A DNA stretch of 64,000 nt from Lama glama (GCA_028534125.1 CM052817.1:49044001-49108000), one strand, 5' to 3'; positions 37,861 to 53,067 are shown, numbered from the stretch's first letter. Made by a program: numbers and translations. The notes: generated by a model from the letters alone, not told the origin.

Positions 37861-40179
37861 TAAAAATAATGTCTTTCACTCTCCGTTCTGAAAATGATGG
37901 GATTTAAAATAACACCTGGGAAACAGCCACCTTCAGCCCTGGCATAAAGCTGTACCTCTCAGTGGACCTGAGTATCGGTGCTGTGGTAAGATTTTAATGC
38001 CTGTATTTGCTCATATTATCTGAAAGTAAATATAAAATTTCTGGAACAAAGTTCAGAGATATTATTGCTTACAATGATAACCTTACTAGTTCCCTTTTGC
38101 CCAATTCTTTCACCTTCTGAAGAAATGTGATCACTGGACAGACACATCTGCAAGAATAAAGGAAGTTTTTGTATTACAGGTGTGAAACCCTAAGATATAA
38201 ATATGAGTTTATTTACATGCTGCCCTCCTCTGGTCCAGAGAGAGAAAGGGAATTAATTCCCTTAATTTAAACAAATTATAATTGGAAAATGAAGGAGAGT
38301 GTTTCAAGGGTCGCATCCTTTGGAACGTAAATAAATGTCTCCAGGAGGGAAATACCTCCTGTGCCTCCAGTTTTACAAGCCCAGGAAAATTTCCTGGATT
38401 CCATATGTTATTCCTCTTTGCAACGTAAACACACACTTCCCAGGGAGTAAATCTCAGTCATCTTCTAACTGCCCAGGCTTGTTTGTTAACCTAGGTCCCA
38501 GATTTCTTTGTTCAGAAAGGCTTAACCTTACAAAAATATAGAAACATGTTCTCTACGGTCTTGCCATCTAGTTATCTTTTTAATCTCTACTCTTTTCTTC
38601 TACTGAGCATTTTTATTCTTTCTTCCCAACAAGTTGTTTTTAACTTCCCAAGTAATACACTAATACACACACACACATACACACAATCCTACACCATCAC
38701 ATTTTAGAAATTCAGACAGTTACATGAAGCAAAGTCACTCTTTGGTACGGCCCAACTTCACATCTTTTTTTCAGAGATCTTTCCAAATCAATTTGCAGCA
38801 TTTTGCCTGTATGTATACACATACTAAGATATGTATACATATATTAAGAAATATAGAATTATATTTGTGCATCTAACATTAAGGAGATCATATTCTCTGA
38901 ACTGTTTTTCCTGAGTTTTTGTCACTCAAGAATGTCTTAGAGATAATTTCATATCAATATATGCACATTATTATTTTTAAGTTATAAAGTGGTTAGATGT
39001 CTTATATCTGCTCTTCTCTCTAATTAGAATATTTCTTCCCTTCCATTTTGCCCTTTTGAGAAAGCTGACTTTTCCTTTAAACCTAGCTCAAATATTATCT
39101 CTTGTATGAAGCCTTCGCTCATCATTTGAGCTATGTTAATATCCGTTCTAATAGTCTGCCAGGCTCGAGGAAAAGAGGAGTAACCTCTGGATTAAAAGAA
39201 CTGAACCATGTGTAGGGTTGGTCCTCCTGGAGGGGTGCTCATTAATGAAAGTACAAGATTCAGCAGAGCATGACACATTGGAGTGTAATTGTGGGCAGTA
39301 TTCGTTTCTATGGGAGAAAAGGGTGTTAGTGGTAATATTTATGAATCAGTGGGTAGGAGGGGGAAGGTTGGGTTTTGAGGTTCTAGATCTTTTCCTTTTT
39401 TGAAATAAGATTTTCCCCATTAACTGGCATGGCCAAGGACAGCATCTGATCCTAAAGGAGATAGAATTGGGACACATGTCAGGATCTCTTCCAATGTGTC
39501 TGAAGTTTAGCATAGAATTCCATTCCCACTATAGCGACCATGGAAGCAGTGGTTTCATGTGGATTAGCACACTTGTGAAATTAATGGAAAAGAATATAAT
39601 AACAGTGAACTTTCTTGAGGAGCAATCTTAACATAAGAAAAATAACTTAAAATTCTTCTCTTCTACCAAGCTCCAACAGCTTTGGTTCAAGAACTGGTGG
39701 GAATGACGCTGCAGACAAACACTTGTCTGAAATTGATCAGGGATGGGGAAAGTGCAGGCACTTAACTCTTCCCCTCCGTACTTCCTTTGTAGTTTACCAC
39801 TATCTTTAAAGACACTTTCTATTAATTACGATAATGTGAGCTCCTTGAAGATCAGATTTGCCTGTGATCAAAGTATGTATGTTCAGTGACGAATATTATG
39901 TCTGGCACTTAGTTGATGTAAAGAAATTGTTTCTCAAATTAATTCTTATATGATTAACTATTTGAATTGCTTCAAAAAATGGGACTTAAAAATTCACTCA
40001 CTCTTACAGAGCTTCAGAAAATAACAGAGAATTAATGGAACTATCTTTAAACTTTCTGATCATCTTTGATTTTTGCTGCACTCCAAGCCAGAAATCCAAA
40101 TATGAAATAATGTCAGACAGTAAACCTAGCTGCAGATCTTGATATGAGCCACTAGAGAGAAATGTGATCCTGTACTGAT

Positions 40180-40665
40180 ATCCAGCACAAGATTCTTTCC
40201 TTGACGAAACTTCAGTCAGGCTCCTCTGAGCCCTCTGCTCAACTAGGCCTGCTCTTGGACTCTATCTTAATGCTTGTAGAGCCTAGTTTTGGCAAGAATC
40301 CTGCTAAGTTAGTTTAGCCCGAATAGTGCATGCTCAGTATCTAATCACCCTCAATATAGGACCAAACTCCTCTATTTAGGTAATATCTGATCACCATGAA
40401 CTACCTTCAGCAAGAATCTTGTTAGGTCAGTTTAGCAAAGAACAACACCTCTCACTCTTACTAATTTTCCATTTATTGACACCATGACCCCTCCTATTTG
40501 CCCCTTGACTGTAAATCCCCGCCTCTCCTTGCTGTATTCAGAGCTGAGCCAAATCACTTTCCCCTACGCACAACTCCTCTGCGATAATCCCTATACAAAT
40601 CGCAGTAATCCTGAATAAAATCTGCCTAGCATCTTTAAGAAGTATCATGAATATTTTTTTTAACA
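40180..40665 (+). mobile_element. MER34-like solo LTR
   Basis: tccttgacgaaacttcagtcaggctcctctgagccctc...aagaatcctgctaagttagtttagc...aataaa...taaca. Confidence 0.75.
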
Positions 40666-40996
40666 CTAGCATAATCTAAAGCTTCAGAAAATTCTGGCAT
40701 TGGTCAGGTGGTGTACAGTTGTCTACAGTACATTATTTTACTTCTTTATATAGAAATATACTTTATAAATAAAAACCTCAAATAATTAAAGGATATAGCT
40801 TTTACACTCAAAGAGCTGATGTTTATATAATGAATAAGTGAAATTTTCTTTTTATATTGATAGTGTATCAATTTTGCTCAAACCCTTCCCAGATAGTGAG
40901 ACTTAAGTAAGAAACGTAAATATCTAAAGTTTGAAAAGACTTATATTTATTTATTTATATACCTTCTTTTTCTACAATATATTTGAGGTTACTCTA

Positions 40997-41050
40997 AAAT
41001 AAACAAACAAACAAACAAACAAACAAACAAACAAATACATACATACATAC
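40997..41050. repeat. (AAAC)n/(ATAC)n microsatellite
   Basis: About 8 AAAC units followed by ATAC units. Confidence 0.95.
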
Positions 41051-41979
41051 ACAAACCACAATAGAAGGTAAATTTATTAAATGAGTGATTATTTCTAGGA
41101 AGTACATTTGATACTTAATTTTTGTTTCATTTATTAAAATATTTTGGCTGTCTTTTTTTTTTTTTTGGATAATGGCTATGTATGTCTTTTTCAATTAAAA
41201 TGTAAATATGGGGAAAACACTTAAGACATTTGGTGTCAACTTGTTTGCTTGAGCTGAGATTGGCCAAATCTGATAGTGAAGAAGTGAAAAGAAGAAGGCA
41301 GGAAGAGTACTTACTAGTGACCACATAGTAACCACCATCAAAATTCTTCCTTCTGAAGGTGAAAGGCTCACTTTGAAATGCAACTCCATGTAAGAGCTTG
41401 CAGTTAATCACGGAATCACCTAATAGAAGAAGTATGAAGAAAATCAACTACTCGCAAAACCAGCAATAACAGCAAGGACAACAAGAATAGCAACAAAGAT
41501 GAAATACCGTTCCCCTTAATAAAGCTGGGTTCATGGAGGCTTGTATCAAAAAAAAGAAAGTCATGAAACCTACAGAAGGATGCAAACTAAGACTGAGAAG
41601 CTGGAAGATTCTATGATTTTGCACAGACACAAAAGTGATAAAAAATACAGGGTTTGTTTTAGATTTTAATTAGACATGCTGATTCGAAAGAAGGTCACAT
41701 AGAAAAGTCAATAAGAATAGCGCACTTAAGCTCCTGCAAGGTGGCCTCTCCTCCAGCTCTCACTGGGTTCTAGCAACACCCTTTTTCCTCGGCTCTTCAG
41801 GCCAAGAGTGAGGATACCTTCCTTCAGAAGCCAGTCTCTGGGTGCCTCATTAGTCCTTATTGGTTCAGTTTCCTTAATCTTGCCTGCATCTTTGAAATCC
41901 CGCTAAACTCGATTTAGTCAAATCCTCTTGAGTAGAATTATATTCTTGCTTGGCTACAATTCAGTTTTTTGAGTGATTA

Positions 41980-42522
41980 TGTTGTAAAACAAAACTTGCC
42001 AGCCCAAAACGTGTCTCTTTGAATTGAGGGTTATTTTGGACTGATTGCTTTTAAGAATCAAAAGATTCTGGAAGTCTTTCTTTTTACCTCTCCCTTAACT
42101 GCTTAAAAGATTTTAGGTAAAAGGCCTGGTCCAGGAAGAGCCCTCTCACCACAGATAACCTACAAAGAACATGGGCTACTGTCAATGGAAACTCAACAGG
42201 GCCTGGAGACCAAAGTCCACTCTGGGTCCCACTGTCTCTGTGTGACACTGCAAACATTTGTTTACCAAATATTTGCTTTTAAAACTCCATGTAAAGTGCC
42301 TTCCTCCCGTTTGAAGTCCCCAACTCTACCCCCTTCTCTTTCTCTCAGATGGCATATAAGCCACAATTGCCCAACCTGTCCTTGGGCCTCATGGTCTTAC
42401 GGAACCCCCATACATGTGTAGTTAAATTTGGTTTTTCTTCTGTTAATATCTCACATCATTTAAATCTTAGCTTAGTCAGAAGAATCTAGAAGGGTAGAGG
42501 AAAATGCTTTCCTGCCCCAATA
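41980..42522 (+). mobile_element. Solo LTR (ERV1, LTR39/MER101-like)
   Basis: TGTTG...CAATA termini; 4-bp TSD ATTA (41976-79 and 42523-26). Confidence 0.8.
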
Positions 42523-43990
42523 ATTATAAATTGACTTTTGACATTAGACATTTTTCAAATGAGAACGAAATATGCATTGATGAGTTTATGATGGATGAGA
42601 ACAAATCAAACTATTGAGAGAATATTTAGATTTAGTAATAATTGAATATGTCTTGATTTCCATGTAAGTTAATTAATTTCTGAAGTAGTACAGGATGTAA
42701 CGTACCCTGGTGTCATCAATAAAATCCACTCCTTACGTGGATGCATGGATCATCTAGGTAATCTCTCCTTTTCATTTAATCTTATTCTGATCCAATTTTC
42801 AATGTTTCCCTTTTAAAAATAAAAAGAGAATAAATAATTGAAGAAGTTTATGTTATGGAAATATACAGCTTCTGAAACTAGACACACAGTTCCCATGAGT
42901 GTAATCTCGGATCCTAAGGATAGGGGTGTTCAGAAAGGCACTTCTGACCAAAGGGAAAAGCTGCCAAGGATTTACCTTTTCCTCACATCTGCCTTTTTCT
43001 TCTCTCCCTGTGTGGCTTCCTCTACTCCTCAATTTGCAATGCAAATAGAATTTGCTGTTCTGGTGCCCTAATGGATTCTTTTTTTTTTTTTTTTCTTTTG
43101 AGAGACCCCACTCAAAATCCTGTAGAACCTCTAGGTTCTAAGCCTGTAGAGTTCAGAACATCACTTTTAGCTGGCAATGTATCCTGAAAGAGGTTTATTA
43201 TTTCCAGAAATTGTGATAATCTTTTTGAATATATGATTTCATAGAATGTTCCAGAAATCCTATGAAGAATTTATTTATAAAAACCTCATGTATAGATAAA
43301 GTTCAGAAGGCTTGAATAAATTACTCAAAGTCACAATGATTAAGTGACAGAACTTGTATTTAAATTCAGGTGTGCCCCAAGTTGGAGCTCTAAGCCACTC
43401 CATCAAACTCCTGTATGATGGCTTGGCTCAGTGAAATTATTCTATGAGAAGACAAAATAAATCCATCTAATTACATAGCTCTTTGATGGCTTGCCTTAAA
43501 CCAAAAGATAATCTTTTGATAAGCAGAGAACTCAAAGTTGCTATCTCTGGCAAGCTAAACTTGATTTATTCTTCCCCACTTGAACCAAATGTGGAGGCAA
43601 GCATGGGGCAGAGGAAGCAGTATGTTCTAACAAGCCAGGAAAGAGAACCAAGAGCTCTTCCTGTTCCCTCGCATCTCTGCACCCACTCGTTTGTTCAGCC
43701 AACGTCCATTTCACACATATTAAAATCATGTGTGATGTTTTGCAGCTTATAAAGATTTTAGTATTTGCCCCGTTTCATATAATAAGAGGAGATAAGTGTT
43801 ATTATCTTTTCCATTAAGAAACACTATTTAAAATAATTCCCCTGCATTGCTCAGTTCATAACAAGCAGACCAGGCAGCCTCACTACCAGGTCTGTTCTCA
43901 GTCATTACTGTGTGTTGCTAGGGAGGCCACCATGAACTTAAAGGGAACGATAACTACATTTGATTTCTCATCTCCATGTATTTACAATTA

Positions 43991-45360
43991 TGTGATGTGG
44001 CCGATAATACTGAACCTTACCTGTTGTCTTCCGGAAAAGGGCTTACTCCTAAGGAACACCTTTCCTTCTTCATACAACAGATGCCCCCTTTACTGGTGAC
44101 ACAGACCCTCCAAATTTTGATTCTTTGCCTTGTAAATGATTAGCTGAACAAAGTGCTTGTTGACTAAACTTTATGTTTCTCTCCTTTCCCTGGGACCCTG
44201 AACTTTGTTCTATCTGAATGATAAACAATTCTGTTTTGGTTTTTTTCTTATTACAGTAACATTGGTTTATAGCATTATGTAAGTCTTATGTGCACAATGT
44301 TATGTTTCTACTTCTGGATACCCTACAGCATGCTCATCCCTCAAAATTTAGTTTCCATCCATCACCATACAATTGATTCCCTCTCACCCATTTTGCTCTC
44401 TCCCCTGACCCTTCCCCTTTGATAACCATTACTCTGTTCTCTGTATCTATGTGTTTGCTTTTTTGGTTTGGCCTGTTCATTTATTTTTTGATTTCTTGTA
44501 TTCCACATATGAATTAAATCATACAGTATTTATTCTTCTCCCTCTGACTTATTTCACTTGGCAGAATATCCTTCAGGTCCATCTATGTTGTTGGAAATGG
44601 CAATGTTTCATCTTTTTTATGGCTGAGTAGTGACAACCCCTTTTTAACAGCCCATCCTGAGAACAGGCTGGCCTCAGGGTGAAACATTCTCTGATCTATC
44701 CCACCACATCACACTGCATCCCACTTCTCCACTCATGATTCTTTCCAGCCTTGTTGACTTCTCTGCACAAAAGAAAAGCCCTTTCCCCTAACTGACCCAC
44801 CCCCAGCTTTAGTGAGGTATAACTGACAAACAAAAATTGTATATATTTAAGTCGTGCAATGTGATGATTTGATATAAAGATACATTGTGAAATGATTACC
44901 TAATTAACATATCTAATTAACAAACTAATTAACATGTCTATATCTCATATAGTTAACTTTGTGTGTGTAGTGAGAATACAGAAGAGCTACTGATCTACTA
45001 TCTTGGCAAATTTCAAGTGTACAATACAGTCTTATTAACTATTGTCACCATGCTGTACATTAGATCTCCAGAAATTATTGATCTTATAACTAGAAGTGTG
45101 TACCCTTTGACCAACATTTCCTCATTTCCCCTACCCCCTACCCGCCCAGGTCTACTCTCTGCTTCTACGAGTCTGACTTTAGATTCCACATATAAGTGTG
45201 AGATCTTACAATATATATCTTATGTATATCGAACACTTAAGAAGCTTGCAGATCTATCAGTCAGAACATTTTCTCTATTGTAATGGTTCTTGCAACCCCC
45301 TGATATCCTGCAATAATTCATTCAAATAAAATTTCTTCCAAGTTCAGATGTATTTGCTTG
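43991..45360. mobile_element. Old LTR (MER73/MER74-like) split by two antisense L1 3' fragments (~44235-44632 and ~44800-45230)
   Basis: LTR-like segments resume on either side of recognisable L1 3' UTR sequence (tctgacttatttcacttgg; ttagatctccagaaatt). Confidence 0.6.
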
Positions 45361-46189
45361 TTTGCTTGTTTTTAGAGATTAAATCTTACAATCTAGAAGG
45401 GACATTCTCTATATCACTGCCAGAGTAAATGTTCATTTGAAACAGTAATTCAGTATTGGATATTTCCATGTTCTTAGTTTTAGGTATTGTCTAATTCTCT
45501 GCATAATATCAACCTTAATTTCTAAAGCCTTTTACAGCTCTCTTCATTTTTAATTTCATATGCCTTATGTCCTAGATAAAACAAGACAATTTTGTTGTAC
45601 TATAAAATCATATTGTTTTGTTAAATCTGTGCAAATGCTCATAACTCTTAGATTACTTTCGTGTCCTCTCTAATTTTTTTTTTGAAATGCAATGTACCTC
45701 CCTTATATTAATCTGTATCACATCTATCATGGCATATGTTAATTTGACCATTATTTATTTCATCGGATTGATTCATTTGGAAAGATACAGCTTTATTTTC
45801 CTGGACTACTTCATTTTTAGTTGGCATTTATTAAAAGAACAGACAACTGCAAAACATCAGTGACCTATAATAAGAAAACTTAATTTTTGCTCATGCCACT
45901 TGAGAGCTACAACTCAGTTGTGGTGTAGCTGAGCTCTGCTGAACTTCATTTATCTTCTGATTCAAGGGCTGAAGATGAAGCAGGAGGTATTATCTGGTAC
46001 ATTATGTTCTCACGGTGGAGGATAACAACAAGAGTGACAGCCAAAGCACACAAAGACATTCCAAGCTTTTGCTCAGACATGGCCTATGTCATGTCTGCTC
46101 ATGTTCTATTGGACAAAGCAATTACATCATGGTCAGCTGTAAGGTTACTGGAGTAGAGAACCACACTTCACCTTCAGGTAACAAGGGCA

Positions 46190-46636
46190 GTGCACTTGTT
46201 TCCCAGGGCAGCCATAGCAAAGTCCCACAAACTTAAACTTAAAACAACAGAAATGTATTCTCTCATAGTTCTGGAGGCTAGAAGTCCAAAATCAAGATGT
46301 CAGCAGGGCCATGCTTCCTTTGAGACTGTGGATGGAAGCCTTCCTTACTTCTTCCTAGCTTTGATGATGTCTGTCACTCCTTGGTGTGTTCCTTGGATTG
46401 TAGGGGCGTAACTCCAATCTCTACCTCCATCTTCACAAGGAGTTTTTCCTTTTCTTTACATTGTCATCTTATAAGGGCATCATTATGTTGGATAAAGCAT
46501 CCACTATACTACAGTAAGATCTTCTCTTAACTAATTACACCTGTAGTGGCCTTATTTCCAAACTAGGTCATATTCTGAGTCATCAGCGGCTAAGACTTTA
46601 ACATATATTTTAAGAGGACACAATTCAACTTATAAC
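46190..46636 (-). mobile_element. MLT1 (MaLR) LTR
   Basis: ttctggaggctagaagtccaaaatcaagatgtcagcagggccatgcttcc...ggacacaattcaac. Confidence 0.85.
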
Positions 46637-47394
46637 AAGCAGAAAGGGGACACATTATCATAAACAAATTGTAAATCCAACACCATTTTTCTTCCTTTCT
46701 CTCTGTCCATAACCTTTCAAGAATGTAGACTATAAAAGTTCCCTCAGAAATTAAGGGAGGAGAGAAATGCAGCAAGATTCAAGATGGAATTTTTTCTTAG
46801 GAGATGGCTGAAGTGGTAGAAAGTGGGCTGACTACAGAGTGGAGATCGGAGCAGAAACCCACAGTCACAGTGGACCGGCACAGGTGCAAGGTATTTCTGT
46901 GGTCTCAGAGCTTCCGGAGCTGCCCAGCTCACCGGTCCCCTGGTGTAACTGACTCTAACAGGGATTCCTGGGGACATTTAGGACATGGATGTCACACCTG
47001 AGTATGCACAAAGGCAGAAGCCCTTAGGGTAGGTTAGAATAATTCTGTTGATGTCTTACCTCTTTTAGAATTGGCTCAAGTCTAGCTAGGTGATCTTATC
47101 AGAGATGGAACCATTGGGAGCTAGTGAAGGAAAAAAGACAATGAACATAGTAGGACTTCAACAAATTGAATAAAGATTAGAGAATTACTGGACTAGACTG
47201 GGCATATGGGAAACGTCTAAGAAACAGTCTCTGTTCAGTCCCCAAAAGTCTGGTTTCCACAGATGTGGCTTCTGTCTTCTCACATCCTGAGGCCAAGCCT
47301 GCTGGGAATGAGGAGGAAGTGACAAGATGAGGGTCGAGGTGGTGCAGGGAAGGAAGGGCTATTTAGTTGCTGTAATATTTTGCACAGAGTTCTT

Positions 47395-47600
47395 TGAGTG
47401 GGCTCTTGGATCCATTGGCTTGGGTTCACTTCCCAAGTTATCCACTTAGTAGCTGTAAATCTTTCCACTGACCTGAGCTTCTTTTTTTTTTTTTCTCTTA
47501 AAATGAGGATAACGGTACTACTTCATAGGGTTAATGTGAGGATGAAAAGAGATAATCTATGTAAAGGACTTAGCATAGTTTCTGGAATGCAATAAGCCCT
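47395..47600 (+). mobile_element. MIR SINE
   Basis: aaaatgaggataacggtactacttcatagggttaatgtgaggatgaaaagagataat. Confidence 0.8.
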
Positions 47601-49259
47601 CATGAAACAGATAATTTTAGCAGTTTTACAAATCAGGTGAGAGACTGTTTCTTATGACAAAACCTACCTTATATCCCAGGTTTCTCACTTTTTTTTCACA
47701 TCTTAATCTTTATCTGAGTACCTTAAGTTCCTCTTATATAGAAGTCAGACTTGTTTTTTTTTTTTCTGTGTCTCTGGGAATTAGTCCTGCTCCTAAGTAT
47801 GAGCTCCAGGCTTGTAGCAACACCTCTACCATCTGCTTGGCTCTTTCTGACCCTGTCTGTCTGCCAGATGTCAGTGACCCTATTGGTCTGCCAAATATCT
47901 GACTGACTCTTATAATACCACAAATCCCCTGTGTTCCAGTTCCTGGCTCCTAACACCCACCTGTCTATTACCTACTATGCCATGTTCCCTCAGTTCCATT
48001 GTCCAGGCACTTTCTATCTGTTCTATGATTTTTTTAATCAAAAAATCTCATTCAAGTCTAAATCATTTTAAAGATGAAGAATATGACTTCCGGAAAGGGT
48101 TCATGATTAGCTCAAGTTCTCTCACCCTCTCTTTACCATGAAACTTCTTTTTGAAGTTGGTTTCCAATATCACAGGTGTGTCCTTCCACCTGCTGACCGT
48201 GTCTCGGGACACAGTTGTAGGACATGCTTTCATAGGATGAACATGAAGATCATGAATAATGACACACAAACTGAGTGGCACATAGAGGGTATTCTGTACA
48301 TTTCACTGTGTAACTCCTGCTGTCATTGCTGCTGCAGCTGCAGACATGTGAGTCAAGAAAGAGCCCAGTTACAACATACAGGTTAACACTGGGCCAGTAA
48401 TAAGGCTGACTTACTACAAAGTAATTACACTACTAATATTTTTTAAAATAAATTTTAATTTGCCAAGGATCGGGAGGAGAATGCTCAGGAAGGGATAACA
48501 TGAGGAAACTTGAACCTGCACTTTGGTATCTTTGAGAATTAGACCCATTGAGGAGGAAAGGAATCAAAACAATACAAGGAACATATGATTTCACAATCTT
48601 CCTGGCAGCTGATACCTGCTTAAACTCAAGGGAAAGAATCCCAACAAAATAAATAAATCCACAAAAAATAGGACTATAATGTGAAGATTTCAAAAGTATT
48701 TATAAAATTATCATCATTTTTTTAATATATATCAATACTAGACTAATTTTGTGATGACCCATGTAGTAAAAGTATGAATTAGAGTCTATTTTATATGTAG
48801 TTTATTACTTTCAAATGTAAAAGTTTGTTAAAAATCACTGGATAAGGCTAATTTAGAATTAACAGTGCAATTTATAAGCGAACAACTACTGCTGTGGGCT
48901 TTAAAGCTAACTCTATCAATTGGATAGCAGGTATATAGCTGATAGGAAGAAAAATCAAAAGGTAAACTAGTAAATTTGACATTGAAAAAACCTGAATTCA
49001 AAAAGATTTTTTCCTACTAAGCTTAAACAAAGATGCTGAGCTTTGTAAATCATTTTTAAAAATTCCTGATGTTCAAAGTAGCAGTCATTCCAAAGTAACT
49101 ATGTGCTCAAGTGAATGTTACTGAAAAGTTAGTGATTATCTTTCTTTTCTGATGTGACTCGAAGGACTTTTCATGAATGAGAAAAGACTGTAGTCATTTT
49201 ATTTTTTCAGGCTCACAGAATATTAGAAAGTGAAGTTACATAGATGCATTAAAGTGTTA

Positions 49260-50915
49260 TCAGATTCCTGGTTTCAGCTCTGATATATAAAGAGCATGTA
49301 AATAGTCACTCACATCCTTACAAGAAGAACTGAGCTGGAAATCAGCAGTGCTTCTTAGGTCCATCAGAAAGATGAGATCACAGGCAAACCGCAGTCCCCA
49401 GCACCAGGGAGACGGGAGAATACACAGAATGAGACCCAATGAGAGCGGAAGCTGGTGGAGCCAGTAGCTGGTAGGAAAAATTACATGGTAACTGAGGAAA
49501 TGTTGGAAGCTGAGTGTGGATTAGTCAAAGAGTTAAAAACTCACGAGCGCCCAGTTAGAGAAAATCCCTGTGCTTTTATGAGTTTTATTTCCAAGAGCGT
49601 CACCAGATTATGATGGTGAAGAAACAATGGTGAAAAATTCCCTGGGTTCAGGCTGGTGGAGGGGAAAAATAATCACTTAAAAATAAACCTATATTCAATA
49701 CCTTGTAATAATCTATAATGAAAAAGAATATGAAAATGAATATATGTATGTATATGTGTGACTGAAACATAATGCTGTACACCAGAAACTGACACATTAT
49801 AAACTGACTGTACTTCAATTAAAAACAAAACAAAAAAACCTAGATTGTTCTTCACAATAGGGGCCTAGTCACTAAGAAGAAACATTTTACTAGAAACTCA
49901 TCTGACGTCAGGGAAGGGAAGTACCCAACTATAGCCCCCTCTGGCCTTTGTGTCTCATAAAAGGGGAGGAAAAAGACAATAGAGGAGAACAAAGTGTGGG
50001 CACTAGAGGAAATTGAAGTCTGCGACACTACAGCAAACATTAAACACAGCCTAACTCTTAGTCAGATAATGTCCCAAACTCTGACAATACCAAATGCTAG
50101 TGAGGATGTAGAGAAACAGGAAGTCTCATTCATTGCTGGTGAGAAGGCAAATGATACAGCGACTGTGACACTTCTTACAAAGCTAAAACACAGTCTTCAC
50201 CATTCTATCTGGCAGTCACACTCCTAAGTATTTCCCAAATGAGGTGCAGGCTTATGTCCACACAAAAGCCTGCACATGAATGTTAACAGCAGCTTTATTA
50301 ATAATCGTGAAAACTGGAAGCAGCCAAGATGTCCTTCAATAGGTGAGTAGATAAGCAAATTCCAGTACCTTCAGACAACAGGATATTATTCAGCAATAAA
50401 AATAAACGAGCTGTCAAACCACCAAAAGACATGGAGAGAATTTGAATGTATGCCTTTAAGTCAAAGAAGGCGATCTGAAAAGGCTATATATACTATCTGA
50501 CTCCAACTATATGGCGCTATGGAAACGACAAAACTATAGATTTAGTAAAGAGATCGGTGATTGTCAGGAGTTCACAGGAGGGGAGGTGAAGTGAACAAGT
50601 GGATCACAAGGGATGTTTAGAGGGGTGAAACTCTTTCAAAAGATGCTATAATGGTGGATGCATGAGCTTAAGCATTTGTCAACACTCATAGAAATGTACA
50701 AGGCAAAAAATATGACCCTTAATCTAAACTATGAACTTTATTTAATACTAACATATCAATACTGGTTCTTCAGTTATAAAAAATACACCATACTAATGCA
50801 AGATGATAATAAATAGGGGAAAATAAACAGGGGAGAAGAGTTATATCAGACCTCTCTGTACTATTTGCTCATTATTTTGTGAACCCAAAACTGTTCTGAA
50901 AAATAAAGTCTACTA
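49260..50915 (+). mobile_element. L1M(C)-type element (5'-like and 3' pieces) with a younger L1 tail inserted at ~49685-49838
   Basis: 3' part: ttatgtccacacaaaagcctgcacatgaatgtt...ctgttctgaaaaataaagtc. Inserted tail: aataccttgtaataatctataatgaaaaagaatatg...cttcaattaaaaac. Confidence 0.75.
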
Positions 50916-51152
50916 CTAATAGTAACAATAAAAAACCACAATGTCACACTGCCACTTATTTTTTCACTAAGTATTGAAATCTTGTCATTTATAAGACAGA
51001 TGCTAGGACCTTCAGACTGGATCTATAAGAAGTAAGTGTGTGATACAGAAGGAAAAGAAAAAGCCCAATGGTCACAAATGAGGAAAAAAACATTGTATTG
51101 GAAATATTTTGTCCCACAGACATACCAGTGCCACATTTGTTTCCAGTGTTTT

Positions 51153-51305
51153 TGTTTGTTTCTTTGTTTGTCTTGGGTTTTGGGGGGAGGAGGTAATTAG
51201 GTTTTTATTTACTTATTCTTTTTTCTTTACAGAGTTACTGGGGATTGAATCCAGGACCTCATGCATGCTAAGTATGCAGTCTACTGCTGAGCTATACCCT
51301 CCCCC
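51153..51305 (-). mobile_element. tRNA-derived camelid-type SINE with TSD
   Basis: 15-bp TSD tgtttccagtgtttt (51138-52 and 51306-20); ggaggtaattagg tail motif; A/B boxes. Confidence 0.9.
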
Positions 51306-51691
51306 TGTTTCCAGTGTTTTGGAATACAACAGTGGTATGCTATCAGATCTGCTTAACATTTGAGAATCACGATAAACATTTTCAAAAATAGCCACTTATC
51401 TGGGATTTTTTTTTCCTAGATCAAGTGTACAAAGGAGGAAGGGTCAGAACATGGACTCAACCATTTTCTAACTTCTTCTGTACTCATTGTTCATAGGGAA
51501 GAATGATGGTTAACGTGGCCATTTTGCCTATTGCTTCATTTCTATCAGCAAGTGAATTCTTACCCTTTGAAAGATGATTTTTTAGGCTAAATGTATTTTT
51601 CACTTTTGTGGCTGTCAGCATCATGTGATTTAGAAGCATTTGTAACATCATGGTAGCCAGTTGCTTATGTGTGAAAGACGAGAGATGGTCT

Positions 51692-52215
51692 TGTAATAGG
51701 ATAGGACAAATCTGACTCCATATTAGATCTATTCCTTTGGCTCTAACCCTGTGCTGTTTTTTGTGCTTAATCATGCTGGTTCTGCACCTTTTACAAAAGA
51801 ATGCTGTCTATAGCCTGAAATATACAGGATAGCCTATTCTCAAGGCTCTGACCTTTAAGGGTATAACACTTTTCCATCCATATAAAGATAAAAAGTTGCA
51901 GAACAGAGAATAACATTTGTTGGAGGTTTACAGGGACACCATGACCTGACCTACATGGACAGCTGCAAGAACAAGGGATTTCAACACCAAGAAGTTTGCA
52001 ACAACCAACCACACCCAATGCCTTTTTTAGTATAAACTTCTACTGGAATTTTAGTCTAAATTCTGACTTGAGTAAGATGGTTCTCTAGGACATTAGTCCC
52101 CCATCTTCTCAATCTGTTGGCTTTCTGAATAAAGTCATTATTCCTTGCCTGAACACCTCATCTCCTGATTTAATGACCTGGTGTGTAGCAAGCAGAACGA
52201 GTTTGGACTCAGTAA
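51692..52215 (+). mobile_element. MER41-like solo LTR, same sense as SULT1E1
   Basis: tgtaataggataggacaaatctgactccat...; TATAAA at 52031; AATAAA at 52128; terminus gagtttggactcagtaa. Confidence 0.75.
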
Positions 52216-53067
52216 TTGCCTGAAGGTTAAATATTTCAGATTAGCCTATGCTTGTATCTTGACTTTTTGGATGAAAGAATATTTTTGATAAACAATAAAG
52301 GAAACCTCACAGATCCTTACCATTAAATAATAATAATTTAAAAATTAAGCTAAACTATACAACAGCATTAAAATTTGTGATCCATATTAAAATTGTATAT
52401 TTAACGATTCAGTCTTTTTAACACACATTTTAACTAAAATAAATATAAAAATAAAATGACCAACTACATAAAACCAAATAATATAAAGTCTAAAAAATAA
52501 GCCCCTGGTTAAGCTTGCTCTACCTTGATTTTCTATCATAAAAATCAGCACTTCTCAGAAATCATCTAACTGTTCTTTTTTACTTTGGGTGGGGCTGGAT
52601 ATTAATGCATTCTATGATTGGAAATTATAGTTCTCTTAACTTTTTTTTTCTTGAACATATCAGCCACTTTCATGCAGTTAACATGTATTCAATTCCCAGC
52701 CTGCCACATGTCACACAGTGAGCTAATTACAGAACAGCACCTTGTTTTAAATCTATACACAGTCTAATGAGGAAGCTGGACAAGTAAAACTGAATTACAG
52801 CACTAAGGAATAAAGGGTTTCAAAGGTCACTTGGAGAAATAGTCAGTCTTGTAAGAGTCAGGAAAGGCCTTTCAAAGAAAGTGCAATCAAATTAGAATTG
52901 AGAGACAAAGGAGAACTAATCAGGTTATGAACTACCTGGGTTGGAGGTATTGATGAGGTGGGTAGGGTGGGAGCAAAGGAGAATTTCCTCAGCTGAAGAC
53001 AGGGTAGGGACAGAAACAAGAAAGGAAAAAAAATGGTGAAAGATTCATTAGTTCCGCAAATCCTCAG

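Noticed and set aside
48135..48386. accATGAAACTTCT resembling the casein start (MKLL...)
   Set aside because: The similarity ends after four codons, with no hydrophobic signal peptide or matching splice structure.
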